DNA from: Chromera velia
Taxonomy: Eukaryota
Direction: 5' to 3'
DNA length: 54,174 nt
Assembly: GCA_018398765.1 (NCBI GenBank)
Contig: JAHBMJ010000198.1
Coordinates: 1-54,174 of the forward strand
Shown here: positions 11,626 through 25,198 of the stretch, one piece after another
Layout: every line of letters begins with the position of its first letter
Position numbering within the stretch: the first letter of the stretch is position 1
Position numbers and translations under genes: made by a program
The notes under the pieces: generated by a model
Database searches by the model: none
What the model saw: only the letters and a program-made list of their open reading frames with translations
What the model was told of the DNA's origin: nothing

Positions 11626-13037
11626 TCACCATACCTCTAGGTCCACCCCCTCCTTCCCCACAAGCCCTCGGTGTCTCTCATAAAGTTTCTTCAGCTCATC
11701 TACGAATCTCTGGTGGAAGCTGTCGATATCCTCTGTTTTTGGTTCTGCAATCTGCCCCGCCGAGAGCCTCTGCCCGATGACCACATGCAGGCCTTCAGGG
11801 GAGATTCTCGGAAGGAGGGGAAGCCACCTGCAGAATTAAATGAATGTGAGTGTACCAAGCAGAAAGAGAAGAACAGAAGCGCTCTCATCGATATGCCCGG
11901 GCTTATTTGCTGAGAGAAAGAACTTTCTCCACAGATCTCGCTCTGAAAGAAGAAACGACATGGAATAGTATAGAATGCCGAACTGACAGACGGACAGACA
12001 AAAAGTGGAAGACGGAGAAAAAGGGCGTGAAAGCTCAGAGGCAGACACACAAAAGAAGAGACTTCATTTCAGCAGTTCTTTCCGTGTCGCAGCTTCTAGT
12101 TCCCCTTCCCTTTCTTTCCCCCTTCTTTCCTTCCTTTCGACTTTCTTTGTTCCCTCTCTCATCTGGACTTTCTCTCGTCATTTGAATCTTCCTGCCTGCC
12201 TGCCTGCCTGGTCGGCCCCCTTTCTGACAAAAATTGTCTTCCTCGATACAATTTGACTGACGGATTGCCAGCAGGCATCACCGCAGGCACCCCCAGGGAA
12301 TTCAACCAAAACCGGAACCCCCACATGCCCTGGGGGTTCAAGAAACACTCACTCTCCCCGAACGCGTACACAGGCACAACAGAGTACCCGTTCTCCAGAG
12401 CGTACTTGAAGATGCCTTTCCGTTTAGACACAAACACCCTGTCTTTGTGGAGACAGGTAAGCGTGGCCTCCTCGAACCCCCCTGCTGCGATTGCAAAGCT
12501 GTGCCCCTCCCTCATCGTCCGCAGAACCGAGGCTTTCGATACCCCCATCGGCTTTGCGAGAAGGCAGAAAAGGAGACGGAAAAGAGGAGCCCAAAGAAGC
12601 ACTTCGCTCATTGCGAACCTCAGATGCTTCCGGGCATCCGTGCACAGTCCGAACAACTGGAGGCCGTCACAGAAGATCCCGTGCGGGTGGCACAGGTAGA
12701 CGGTCTTTCCTGTTGAAAAATCGGGAAGCGAGGAATCACATCTTACAGAGGCTTTTGCATAGTAACGAGGAACCCACTTTGCAACAAATTTACCAAACGT
12801 CTCATTTCTCGGCAATCCCACGTATCCGATAGCGGAGACGGCTAAGAGAAAAGCAAGAGTGAGCAACCACCGTGCTCGAATTAATGCAAAGAACCAGAAA
12901 GGAAAGAGGAGACTGCCTGTCCAGAAGACCACAAAGAGGAGAATACAGCCAGCACCCATGATTGGATCCCTTGATGCGTGAGAAAAAATGACGGTGGGCT
13001 CTGCCTTCCCGTCTCCTGCGGGTTTTCTTTCCCTCAT
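11626..13037 (-). CDS. DGAT2: Diacylglycerol/monoacylglycerol O-acyltransferase, DGAT2 family, 2 exons: 13037-12262, 11827-11626 (~325 aa)
   Basis: N-terminal TM segments, HPHG motif (CHPHGIF), GGFEEA, and RKGIFKYALENGYSVVPVYAFGE. Exon 2 encodes LPLLPR..LHVVIGQ..EPKTEDIDSFHQRFVDELKKLYERHR..LEVW*. The intron (GTCAGT...TGCAG) keeps frame. Confidence 0.9.
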
Positions 13038-13422
13038 TATCGGAAGGGACGAAGAAGCAGTCCGAGGAGGACAAGCTCCGTCAAGCTAAGAGATCAATTC
13101 GAAAGGGTGCAGACAACGTCGCAACGAAAGGAACAATTGGCTCGCAGTGACCAAAGATTGATTCCTTCGTGTGAGCATTCACGTTAGGGATCCGAGATCG
13201 ACTTTCAAGATAATTCTTTGCAACCCTTCGTAGGAACCCGTGGCCGAATCAGAGACAATCGAACCAAGGCAATTTAACTCACCACTGCACAGTGCACACC
13301 TACACTGTAGATTGATTCAAGCACTAGCTTGCTTCTTCATTCCTTCACCTTTTGGATCTCATGCAAGTGGATGAATTCTCATGATATCCTGCGTGCAATT
13401 GCGTGCAGTGACGGTGTCATCG

Positions 13423-13509
13423 CGCGGGTGTGGCGGCGCGCGCGGCGTGGGATGGCGTGGGGCATATTCGCGCCGAGGCGGAGACGCCGCGCGCGGCGCC
13501 GCGCCCGCG
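13423..13509. promoter_or_regulatory. GC/CpG-rich inverted repeat in the divergent intergenic region between DGAT2 and the CCDC17-like gene
   Basis: 26-nt arms at 13423-13448 and 13484-13509 with 23/26 Watson-Crick pairs. The promoter role is inferred from position only. Confidence 0.5.
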
Positions 13510-13845
13510 TGCACCCGTTTGTGAACATCGAATATATCATGCATATATCGCGTGAGAGCATTGTCACATGCATATTGTCACGTACCATTCACTAGCTGAG
13601 AGGCCGATTCGGTCCTTCTCTGGCGTCGAGCTGCTGTCAGTGGGATGGGTATATAGCTCTGGGAACGACTTGCTTCCCACTGAGGTGAACGTAGAAGGCG
13701 TCTACATGCATGACCTTTGAGCAACACCTGCAAGAGAGGCAACGCTTTGCGTTGCAATGTGGATTGTGCTGAGTGATCGATGTGAAACGGCTGCCTTTAC
13801 CCCAGCTTCGCATTGAAGGACAGTGCATGTGATTGATCCGAAGAA

Positions 13846-14456
13846 ATGTCGATGCAGAGGGATAAGGAGAGGGAGCGGGAGGCCTCCTTGGAGAGTGTGG
13901 AAAGAACCAACCAGGCCCTCCTGTGAGTCAGTAAGTGAGTTTGCAGAGAGCCAGCAACCGTTGTCAGACTGAAGATTCATTTCAAACCCAGTGTGTTTCT
14001 TCAGCTCGACTTCGTCGCTCCTTGAACTGTGTGCTTTCACTTTGCCTTCTCTGCAGTGATGCGGAAGCAGCAAGGGCGAGGGGGGCGCTGGAGGCCAGCA
14101 GGATGGAACTCGACAGACGCGAAGAAGAGGTGAGAGACGGAGACGGATCTTTCATCCTTGTTACTCGTCTTCCACTCAATGTCTCCCTTGTCTGCGCGTC
14201 CCAGACACACATAGATGTTCACAGTGATTTGCCAAAAACAGCTTCTCGAGCTCCTTCATGTGTCTCCGGTCCAGATTGGCAGGGACCCGGAAACAGTGCA
14301 CATGCATCCTCCCAATCTTTCCATTGATTGATTGCCCCTCTCCCTTCCGTTCTTCCTGACTTTCTTCATCTGTGCACCGATTTCCTTCTTTAATTCGCCA
14401 GCTGCTCCTTCGGTTCCTTGAGCATGCTGTGAGTGACCGGCTGCTCCTGACATGCA

Positions 14457-14492
<36 letters not shown>

Positions 14493-17096
14493 CAGTTGAA
14501 TGACGAAATCGCTCGGACGGCGGAGGAGTTGAAGCGCCGGAAAGTGAGTCGCTCAGTGAGTCTGCCGGTGAGATGTCAGCTGCATGTATTTTTTCGCTTT
14601 CGATGCCCGTTGTTTCTTCTCATTCCTTCTCGTTCGGATTCCCTCACTCCCTCCATCCACTCTCTTTCACTTATCCCCCGACAGTTTCCACTTCTCCCCC
14701 TCTCTTGTCACTTCGTTTTCACCACCACCACCCCCCCCCCGATCAGGAAGAAGCCCGCGACATCCAGGCGGAGACCAAAAACCTGCAGAGAGAGCTGGAG
14801 AGCCTCTCGGAGGGGCAGGTCGCAGCGATGACGGAGGAGAAGAGGAAGGAGGTGCAGGTCAGCGGAGAGGAAGTTGGAGGAGGAGGAGAAAATGGAAAGA
14901 GCGCGGTGTGTGCGTGTTAGAGAGAGAGAGAGATAGAGGGAGAGAGGCAGAGAGAGAGAGCGAGCGAGTGTCTACCTGTGCTTTAGAGAAGCGGAGAGAG
15001 CAAATGTATTAAGTATCGAATGCGGAACGTGAGCGAGCTGACCTGTGTGATTTTGTATTGTTTGCTTCTTTGCAAAGATCATGCATGCGCAAGCCTTTAC
15101 TGATGCGCCGTTTTTCTTTCTTTTCTTTCTCAACTGTGTGCAGAGTCTGGTGGCTGAGTTGGAGCGACTGGAATCACAGGTTGGTTGATCTTTTTTCTTT
15201 TTTTTTTAAGATTTGGGTCACAAGTGCGGTCTCTCGCTTTGCCGATCGGGGGGTCGAAAAGTTGGTCGTGTCGGTCGTATCCATTCCGGAGGTACCTTTG
15301 GGTTAATGGGTCTTTTTACTCTCTGACTGGATGTGTTTTGCATTTCGTTTATTTCTACCCTGACAGCCGAGAAAGACCTCACCTCCTTTCACGGCGGCAG
15401 AGAACCAGAAAGCCTGTTGATCTATTTCCACGTCACACAGAAGAAAGCACAAACCTTCCGAGCTTGTGTTCCTTCCTCTTTCTCAATTGCACATCCTGCA
15501 GGATTCGCGTCTGGCAGCTGAGATGAAGGAGGCGAAGGACCATATCCTCGAACAGACACGCGAAATGGAAAAGTCAGTTTGAGAAAGGGGGGGGCGGGGG
15601 GCCTGGGGTCTCTTCCATTTCCTCACCGTGTGCGTGCTTCTTTGCACGCTCCTTTCGATGGACATGTGCGTGGAGTGGGGATGGTCCTTCATCTATTCGT
15701 TTTTTTGCATTCCCATCTGGTCGCTTGGCTGCTCTTTTTCTCTTTCGCTTTCGCGTTCTCCCTCACAGCCTTCACAACGTCCTCTCGTCTCCTCTTCTCT
15801 GCCATCCTGGTCCTTTCAGGGCACGCGAGAAGGTGCAGAGAAAAGAGGCCCCACCCTCCTCAGTTGCCGTCTCTGCGTTGACGATGGGAAGTCTTCTTCA
15901 GTTGGCACAGAAGAGGGCGGTCAGTTGAGTTTAGCGTGGTTTCCTTTGTCTGTCTCCTGCCGTCTCCTAGCTGTGCTCTTCTTCTCATTTCCTGTTGTCA
16001 AATCGTTACTCCCTGTTTCATCTCTGTGGACGATATCTTCACGGACTTTTCTGCTCAGAGTAATAGTCTCTCGTGAAGAAGCACAATATGTCTGAGATAT
16101 CGACATTCTCGTTTAGTGTCCCCCCTTGTTTCTCTCGGCCTCTCTTTCCTTCATCCACAGTATTCCTTCTGTGTGACAATTTGTTATTTTTTCTCTCTAG
16201 ACTGTATCAGCAGCCCGCAAAGTCCTCCATTCCCTTAATTGCCCTCTCGTATGGTGCAGGCAGAGGAAACAGAATTTCTCTCCAAAGTAGAAGAGTCAGT
16301 TGGGGTGAAGGGGTGTGTGTGGGTTTGAGGAAGAACCGAAAGTTTGAGTGACGTGCAACCACAACACGGAGTTGTGCACGCTAGCGTGCTTTTCTTCTCC
16401 TTTTTTCCTTCGGTACACACTCACAGGACATAAACGCGCATGCCAGCTTGTTCGCATTTGGGCAAGTCTGTACCTTTGTTCGTTCACTTGTTTGATATAC
16501 TTTCTTCCTCTTCTTTCTCGCAGCCTGAAGGGTCAGCACACGGACCTCCGGACCCGATTGACCGACTTGAGACGCCAAGAGAGGCAGCTGAGGAGGGAGA
16601 GGGAGAAGGAGAGAGACGCCCTGTCTACCCAGAGGGGGGGGGAGACAAGACCAGGGACTGCAGAATCGGCACCGAAGGAGTTGAACGCAGAACAAATCGG
16701 TGTGTATGGTCGGCATTCCTCCACAAGAAACTGTCGAATCTTTCCTGTCTTTCCTCTTCAGTCCTTCCGTGGTCCGTTTTTTCTCTCTTTCTCCTTTTCT
16801 GTCTCTTTTTTTTTGTTCGTCTGTCTCTGATTCTTGCTTTCTTCTTTTTGTTTCTGCGCTCTTCCAGCACACCCCTTTTCACTCCGGATGCACCGAATGC
16901 CTCCAAAGAGACCCATGGCAGCTGCGTTGTGCGCTTCTATTGTTTCGTGCATGCGATGCGTTCGGCTGAATAATTCATGTTGCTTATGTGACTCTGAGTG
17001 CAGCATCGCTTGTGGAGAACATTCACGACAAGATGCGAGAGGACAGGGTGAGTCGCTGTCATTCGAACTTTGGGGAGGGAAGTTTATGGTCAAAGG

Positions 17097-17136
<40 letters not shown>

Positions 17137-18649
17137 ACTTTGTATGTTTTTTCTTCCGGTGTCTGGATTGTTTGTGGTATCGTCCCAACAAAAACACTTG
17201 CAAGACATTCAGGCGTTCTCTTTTTATTTGTCGAGAGACTCGCTCGCGCTGCTCCACTCCAATGTTTCAATCCCATGAAGCCCTAGTCCACACAGGGAAC
17301 CAAGCATTACTGTCTATGTTTCTTCCTTTGTTTGATTACAATGCAGATACGCCTGCTTCAACTTCAGGATGACGTTGCGGGGTCCGAAGAGGCCCTTCTG
17401 CGTGCAGACATTGAGGCGGGGGGGCGGGAAGGAATGGGGGAGACACAGGGCGGGGACGAGGAGGGACACTTCGGGAGACTGCTGGCAGAGTATAAGGAGA
17501 AACTTGCAGGGGATAGCGCGTGGGTCCCTTTCTTTTTCTTTCTCTTTCGGGGGCGTGTCATTGGGACTTCCCTGTGTTCCTTTCCTTTTGCGTCTCACCT
17601 CTTCCATCCATCCAACTCACAGACAGACAGGCTCCCATATGAACATGTGCACGCGTGCCGGGCGCTCTCTCTTCCTCGGTGGTCTACGTCGTGTATGCAT
17701 GCCCTCTGTCTGTCGGTCCTGAAGTGGCAAGATGGATAGATAGATAGGTTGATAGATGGATGCGTGTCCACTAGGCATGCAGCACACTTTTGATGTCGGC
17801 TCCGTGCTGAGTCCCTCCCTAGCTCCGAGTACTTATTGTCCTTATCTTCCCGTCTCCTCTTTTCTTTCTAATCTGCTTCTGTTTCCTTCCGTCTCTTCTT
17901 GAGTGCCTTCTAGTTGTCCTCCCTTTTGTCTCCCCCCTGTGTTGAGGCTTGGCTGACGTTCTGGCGAGAGAACAGGGCTGAGCGCTGTCTGACGTTTCAC
18001 ATAATTACATTGCGGTGCTTTGATGTCAAGAATGGCTGGTCCTTTCTTGTGTTTTCTTTGTTTGTTTTGTTGGATCCTGTGCAGGGAGGACGAGGATGCG
18101 CGGAAGAGAATAAGGGAGGCACTCAGGTTGGCAGAGGGCTGGCGGAAAGAAGAAGATTCCGTTTTGTTGTCCGGAAAGGGAAAGCGTTCTTTCCAAGCAC
18201 TCTCTCTGTTCGAGGATCAAACGAGCAACAGAAAGAGTTCATCACCTCTCTCTCTCTTTTTGCGCGTGTCTTTCAAGATGTATGTGCATGTATGAGTGCC
18301 ATCAATCCATACATGCCCATATCCCTCCCCACTGGACATATTCCTTTTCCCCTTCGCTTCTTCAACCCCCCCCTCCTCTTTATGCTTGCTTCTCTCTTCC
18401 TCCTTCAGGCTCCACTTTCCTGAGCACTTCGGAAACCGTCCCCCACCAGAGGAAAGAGGCCCCCCCACCCCTCCCCCCTTGCCACCGCCCACAGACGCAG
18501 AATTGAATGGACCCGGAGCGGCTGCTGCCAGTTCACGTCTCGACACACGAGGGCAGGGTGCTGCTTCAGGCTCTGCTGCCTCGTCCGTCAGCGACATCGA
18601 CAGAGAGGCTCTGGCTGCGGCTGCACAGTCCCTGGCAGAGCACTTCAGA

Positions 18650-18695
<46 letters not shown>

Positions 18696-21600
18696 GGCTC
18701 GCTCGACATCCAATTGCTCTTGTACTTTCTTTTCTTCTTCGTATTCGGCACACACGTACACATGTATGTTTTCTCCTTCGTATTCGGCACACACGTACAT
18801 ATGTATGTTTTCTCCTTCGTATTCGGCACACACGTACATATGTATGTTTTTTTCTTCGTATTCGGCGCACACGTACATGTGTATGTTTTCTTCTTCGTGT
18901 TCGACACACACGTACATGTGTATGTTTTCTTCTTCTTATTCGGCACACACGTACATATGTATGTCCACATACGGTTGTGTGTGTGTTCGTCTGCATCCTC
19001 TGATTGCAGTCAGGGCAAAGGCAACACTCCTCTGGTGAACCGTCTCCTGGAGGCAGAAAACCGGTTCAGGAAGAAGAGAAGGAAAAGAGACGGGATGACG
19101 ACCGCCACAGGAAGGGGGAGGGCAGAGAGCGTGGCCTCTTTGGATTTGCAGACGGAAGATGAGTTCTCTCTCTCGCGGTCCCCGAAGAGGTCTGCAAAGG
19201 GGTCTGCTAAGTCTCTCTCACCAGAGAGGAGAGATCAGAGAGGAAATCCTCAAGACCCACAAGGCGGCTTTCTGCATCAAAATGGATACCCGTATCCGTA
19301 TCCACCCCCACCGATGCCTTATTCGTTTCCCTGGGCTGCGCCGTCAGCCATGCCTCTGGGGGGGGGACAGGCAGGCGGCGGTGCTTCGTTGGCGGAGAGG
19401 TTTTTGGAGAGACGTTTGGAGGAGTTGGAGCGACAGGATCAAGAGAGAAGAGACGGAAAAAGGGGGGTTGAGGGAGATGGGTCGGCAATGAATCCTTATC
19501 ATGTTCGGGTGCCTGAGGGTATGGCTCTTGGCAAGGGGGGGGCTTTCAGTAAGCATAATACTCCTTATGTTGGAATGGGGGCGCTATTTGGGGATGCAAG
19601 GGAGAAGGGAAGTTTGAAAGACGTGGAAACAGGGAACGAATTGTTGAAAGAATTGATGGAACAAGAAGCATTACAGGTCAGTTGGAGGGATTTTTTTCTG
19701 CTTTCCTTTCTTCCTTCTCTCCGCCGTTTGGCGGATTCGGCAAGTGATTGTGTTGTGGAAAGAAAAGAACCGGTGCTTTGAGGCATCTTTTTTTAGGTGA
19801 GAGTTTCTTTTGGAGTGACAAGGCCCGCTTTGTGCTCTTTTGGACCGCGGTCTTCCAGTCGGGTTGACTGCGTATTGAAAGAACAAACGTGTTTCGCTGT
19901 GATCGGATTCACATAAACAGACCGGAGGCTCTGAGTGGCTAAAGCCTTTTTGTATTTGAACATACTTGTCGGGGTAAAGGGTTATTGGGACATTTTGTGT
20001 TGAAGTTTTTCTCTCCAGGTCTTCACGAAATTCGTTGGACGACTTTTCCTTTCGTTTCTCGACGTGCACCTTCTTTTTCTTTCAATTTTGCTATGACAAA
20101 TGGATGGATGATGTCAGGTGGAGGCCATCAGCAAACTCCCTCCGAATTCGGAACTGTATAAAAGTAGGATGGCGCACTTCAAGGAGATGATGGCTTTGAG
20201 ACACCAAATCGAGTTGCAGATACAACAAAAAACTTTGGATGACGTGAGTGCGACTCGGATAATGGATGTCTGCTTTCGAAAAGCAGTTTTCTTGAAAAAA
20301 AGTGTTTGGAAGGATGACCAATGTGAGGAAGGAAAAAATGGCTCTGTTTTCTGTTTTCGTTTGCTTTTCGTCGAAGATGGAGCTTGTGTGCTTTCAGTGG
20401 GTTTTCCTGGCTTTAGCGCAGTGAGTATGTTTGTGTGGGCGCGCACACAACTGAAAGAGAACGAGAGGAGGAGAGCAAGAGCGAGGCACATTTCGCGGTA
20501 GGTTTTTTTCTTGCTTCCAGCTCGTGATTTTAGGCCTTTACACAGCAACGAAACGACTTGTTCTTTTCTTTTCTTTTGCCTTTTTTCCCCTTGCCCACAG
20601 ATTCGGAGACGGCGCAATGAGCTTTTGGGTTTGGATGCGAGTGGGAAAAAGGTTCGTCTATCTGTCTTTTGTGTACCTGTCGGCGTTTCTGTCTTTCACG
20701 AGAAAAGAAAAACAACAACCTAGAGTCTGTGTGTCAGTCAAGGGCCTTGACCCTTCATTGACTCCTCTAGCTCTCGATTTGAGGAACTTACCTTCCTCTT
20801 TTGGAAACAGAAAAGAGAAGCAGACTGTAAGTAGGTTGTCTCTATCCATTTCATAGAAAGTGTATCCGATCTTCTTCAATGGATGCTGTGGCCGTGCGAC
20901 CGTTTTGGGGCAGTTTGCGTCCCTACCCGTCTTAGTGCCCGTTTTTCCGTCTGTCTTCCTCACTTCCTGTTTTGATGACTTTCCATGTGATTTTTTTTTT
21001 CACCAATTTTGCTCATTGGGGTGGTATGAATTGTTAAATGCAGACAAAGGGCGGCGACGGAAACTTCATAGACACATCCGATCCACGACAGTATGACCCT
21101 AAGGAGGGCGTGTACATTTACTTCGACATGCTCGTCAACCTGCCCATCAAGTCAGTAGGTTTAGTTACCCTTCTTAGCTTTTTTGGGCCAGGATGTGTTC
21201 AGCAACTGTACTTCCACGGTCCCCGCGTGCCAATAAAGATCATTGGATAGACAGGCGAAGAGTCGCCTGTTATGTCCCTGGTGCTTTCTCTCAGACAACG
21301 AAAGCCATCGACGAGAGCGGGAGAACACACACACACACACACACACACATACTTTCTCACTCCCCCCTACCTTCCTTCACTCCCTCCCATCTCTTGCTTC
21401 CTTCTGCAGGTACACCAACCTCAGGATCGCATACGGGTTCTACAACGGCCACACGGCCCTCTCCCCCGTTTTGACTACGAACGTCAAGCCCACAGCCACA
21501 GACGGCCCAGTAGCCCACTGCGTGTTCAAGATGGCCAACCCCCACTCCCAGCTGCCGAACATCCCCAACTGCAGGGTCGTCATGGAGCTCCAGTACGAGC

Positions 21601-24600
21601 ACCACGACGTCTACACGATGGCATTCAACCACTCGCCCTACGTCAAGGACATGTACGACACCGCAGACTTCAAGAAGAGCGGTGGGTAGCCTGAAGGTAA
21701 CAAGCCAGACACTTTCGCTTGCGTGGAGGACAAGGGATCTTTTCTTTCCCCAATTCTTTCTCTCTCTGCTTTTTTGGACGCGCTAAGCATTTTCTATCAA
21801 AGTCACAGAGTGTTTTGGGGGAAAGGTTTCCACGTCCCAGCAATGCACAGAGAGAGAGAAAGAGAGAGAGAGCCTCTGTTGCACTCGTGGGTTTTGGGCT
21901 GTTCTTTTTCTGGGCATGCATGGGGATTGGCGGTTGAATGTCTGCACTGTGAGAAATCCATGGTCCAACTCTTCACTTCACTTTTTTTCTTTTGCGTCCT
22001 ACGCACTTGTACGCATGCAGGATTACGGCAGGGGCAGCCCCGTATGGTACCTGTCGGGTGGACGGCCTTCGAAATTTTTGACGATCAAGGGATGATCAAC
22101 CTGGGCAAGTGGAGACTTCCTGTGCTGAGATCTCCTCCTCATCCTGCGGGGTTCTGGGAAGACCTGAAGCTGGCAGAGAGAGTGGGGACAGAGACCATGA
22201 TGTGCTTGAGGGTGGGGGCAGTTGCGGAAAACGCGCAGGTCTGTTACTCGGTCGGCAGAAGAAAGAATGGCTTTGCTTTTGCTCTTGCCTGCGTTCACAT
22301 GCTGACTCTCTCCAGAATGTCAATTTTGAGCAGGAAGAAAGTCTTTCCAGATTTGTCGGTACTTTTCTTCTCTCCATTCTTGTAGGACGTCTACCATGCG
22401 TATCGCCCTGTGCATTTCTTGCCCTCTTTCTTAGCATTCATTCCTCTTCTGGCGTTGTCCTTGTTCTGTCGCGACATCTTTTGTTTCCACATAAATACAT
22501 GCATGCACACACAGAGGACAGATTTTCTCTATCTGCGCGAACTGTTTGCACACAGTAAGGCCCCTTCTATCTTCTTCTTTTTGCAGGACGTGTGTTGGGA
22601 GTTTGACCCTTCGGACGAACAGGCGTATGAGATCCCGATCTACTGGCACTTCAAACCTCCGAAGAAACTCGAAGGGTACGTGCCCTCTCCTCCAAGAACC
22701 CCCCCAGGCACTCCCCCCCCTCCCCTGATTCCCGGAGGTGTGGGTGTGGACATTCTTGGTCTTTCGTCTCTTCTCCTGCCGAAACAAATGGCAGATTTGG
22801 TACCCGGGGATTCCGATCTAAAGCAAGCGGCACTGTCGGTCGTTGTCCGATTGGCAGATGAGAAGGGGAGGACTCTGAAGCATTCAGCGCTGAAGCCTGC
22901 CCTCCTTGAGGGTGCACCGAAAAAGCAAAAGAAGGGCGAGCCGATCGATGCCGACGACCCGACTGAACTCCTCAAACGTTCACTTCTCGACGGACCCCCA
23001 GGATCACAGGCGACACCTGAGAAAAGGAAAAAGAGCTCGACTCTTCAACGTTCACGGAGCAAGGGGGAGGCAGACGGATGGGGCAAAGACAACTCGGCAG
23101 ACGACGAACTGGACCTTCTCTTTTCTGGGGTGCGTCAGTGTTTCTGTGCATGTGTTTCTCTTAAGAAAGGAGACTAAGGAAATTGGATTTGTCCTGTTCT
23201 TTTGAAGGTAGAGGGGTATTATTCTTTGTCTGCAGAATCTTTTTTTTCTTTTTCAAGGGGTTGGTGGAGGGTCCTTTTGGCATCAGGCAGGAGCGGCATG
23301 CGGTTTGCCTTTGCTCGGACGTGTTGCTGAAGTGCTCTCTGGATCTGCGTCTGTCTTTCCTCTTTTTCTTTGAATCTTTTGCTTCGATCCTCTTTTCTGA
23401 CCTTTTCTTTTGTATGTACGCAGTCAGGAGATATGACGAGACAATCATCCGTGCGGCGTTCTTCCAAGTCTCCCCAGTCGGTTCTCAAACAGAGCAGCGC
23501 AAAGCCGGACGCCACCGTCAATTCCTCAGCAGGCGTGCGAGACTCGAAGAGAAGCAGCAGGTTGGACACATCTGGAGGGAGAGGGTCCACGGATCTGCAG
23601 GCGGATGGAGTGAGTGATGCGGAGGAGGATGAAAACGGAGACGGGGAGACGGAGGGGGAGAGAGAGGAACAACCGACTAGCGAAGACCCGCCTGCTCTTG
23701 ACGTTTTCTTCCCGAAATCCAATGCGGATCCTCCCAAAGCCGTTACGGGGAAGAAGAAAAAGAAATCAGGGAAGTTTGCGTCCTTCCTCCTAGGGTCAGA
23801 GAAAGCCTCCATCAAACCAGCAGGAGACGCTACCTCCCCTACCAATCGACGTCTCGGCCTGCGAAGTTGTCGAGCCGAGACGGCACCAACTCGTCCTACA
23901 GATGCTGAGGGAAATAGATTCAAAAAGAAAGAGGCAAATCCCAAACCTACTCTGGAAGACTTCTTCGGCACGAGTCTCCCTCAAGATGATGCCAAAGTAC
24001 CTCTCTTTGCCACTTTCAAAGACGCTCCGACTGAATTTACAACCTCACACGTTGCCAGGAAAGCGGATGCGGATACACTCCGCCCTCCCCCCCTTCCTCG
24101 CGAGTGCGTCCCATGGCCCCGGGAGGCCTTTTTGGAATTTCGAATTGTTGCGGAATTCGATGAAGAGTCGAAGAAGATGGCAGGCAGTGGGGGGAACTCG
24201 GGGAAGGCTGCGTCGTCCCAAAACAAAAACTCAAGGCAAAGCGCTGCAAATCAGAAAGCAAGGACGATGGAACTTGCGTGGGCGATGTACAAGTGAGTGC
24301 TTGAGTAGTCGCAGGCAAGGGAGGGGTGCGTGGGATGGGCGGGGAGGTTGTGGATGCATGCTTTGGTTCTTGATGGTGTGACGGACTTACATTCCTGCAA
24401 GAAAGAGTTGAGGCTCGCTAAAGAAGGCAAAAAGGCGTGCATCAACCACCCGAATGGGCCTCGAGTGCGTCGGATGATCCTGTCATTCCATTCCGGTACA
24501 GGCAATTAACCCGCAGAGACGAAGCTTTTTCTCGGTCCCACAATTTTTTTTGTTCCTTCCATACAGAGTCACTTGATCTTCGTCATCTCTGAAGAATCGT

Positions 24601-25158
24601 CCTTCCCTTCTTCCCTCTTTTTGTTCGTGCAGAATCCCCGACACAGTCTCAGTGCCCAGCGAGACTGCCAAACTTCCCCTGTCCTACCTCGGCTCTGTCC
24701 CCAAAGGAATGCCCTCTTCCTTCCCGCACCCGACTCTTCCTGTCGAGCTGCTAGGTGTCGATTCGTCGAAGCTCAAACCTCCTCTGAAGGGCCTTCTCTC
24801 TGTGCGGATCTACGACGCCTCAGGAAAATGCAAAGCAGAGAAGGCACGCATCGCAGAGGACGAAAAGAAGAATGACGATCACCCGAAACCTTCTGGAATC
24901 GAGACCCCCCCTCTGCCTATAGCAGAAGAGGAGGAGGAAGAAAAGAAGGAGGAGAAACCGAAAGGACCTGAAGTGCCCCCTGCCGTCGTGTTTGTGGAGA
25001 ATGTCAAGACGCCCAGCCTAGAGCCATACGACCCCCAGACGGACGGATGGGACGTGTATGTGGATGGGGTCAGATTCCCTCCTGACTGCACACTGTGCTG
25101 CCGTGTCAAGGTGAGTGAGTTCGTGCATACATGCGTCTGTGTGTCCGCTCATATGTAT

Positions 25159-25198
<40 letters not shown>

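Noticed and set aside
10644..11640. Lys/Arg-rich ORFs 10644-11273 and 11221-11640
   Set aside because: Low-complexity antisense reading of the DGAT2 3' region with no recognisable motif.
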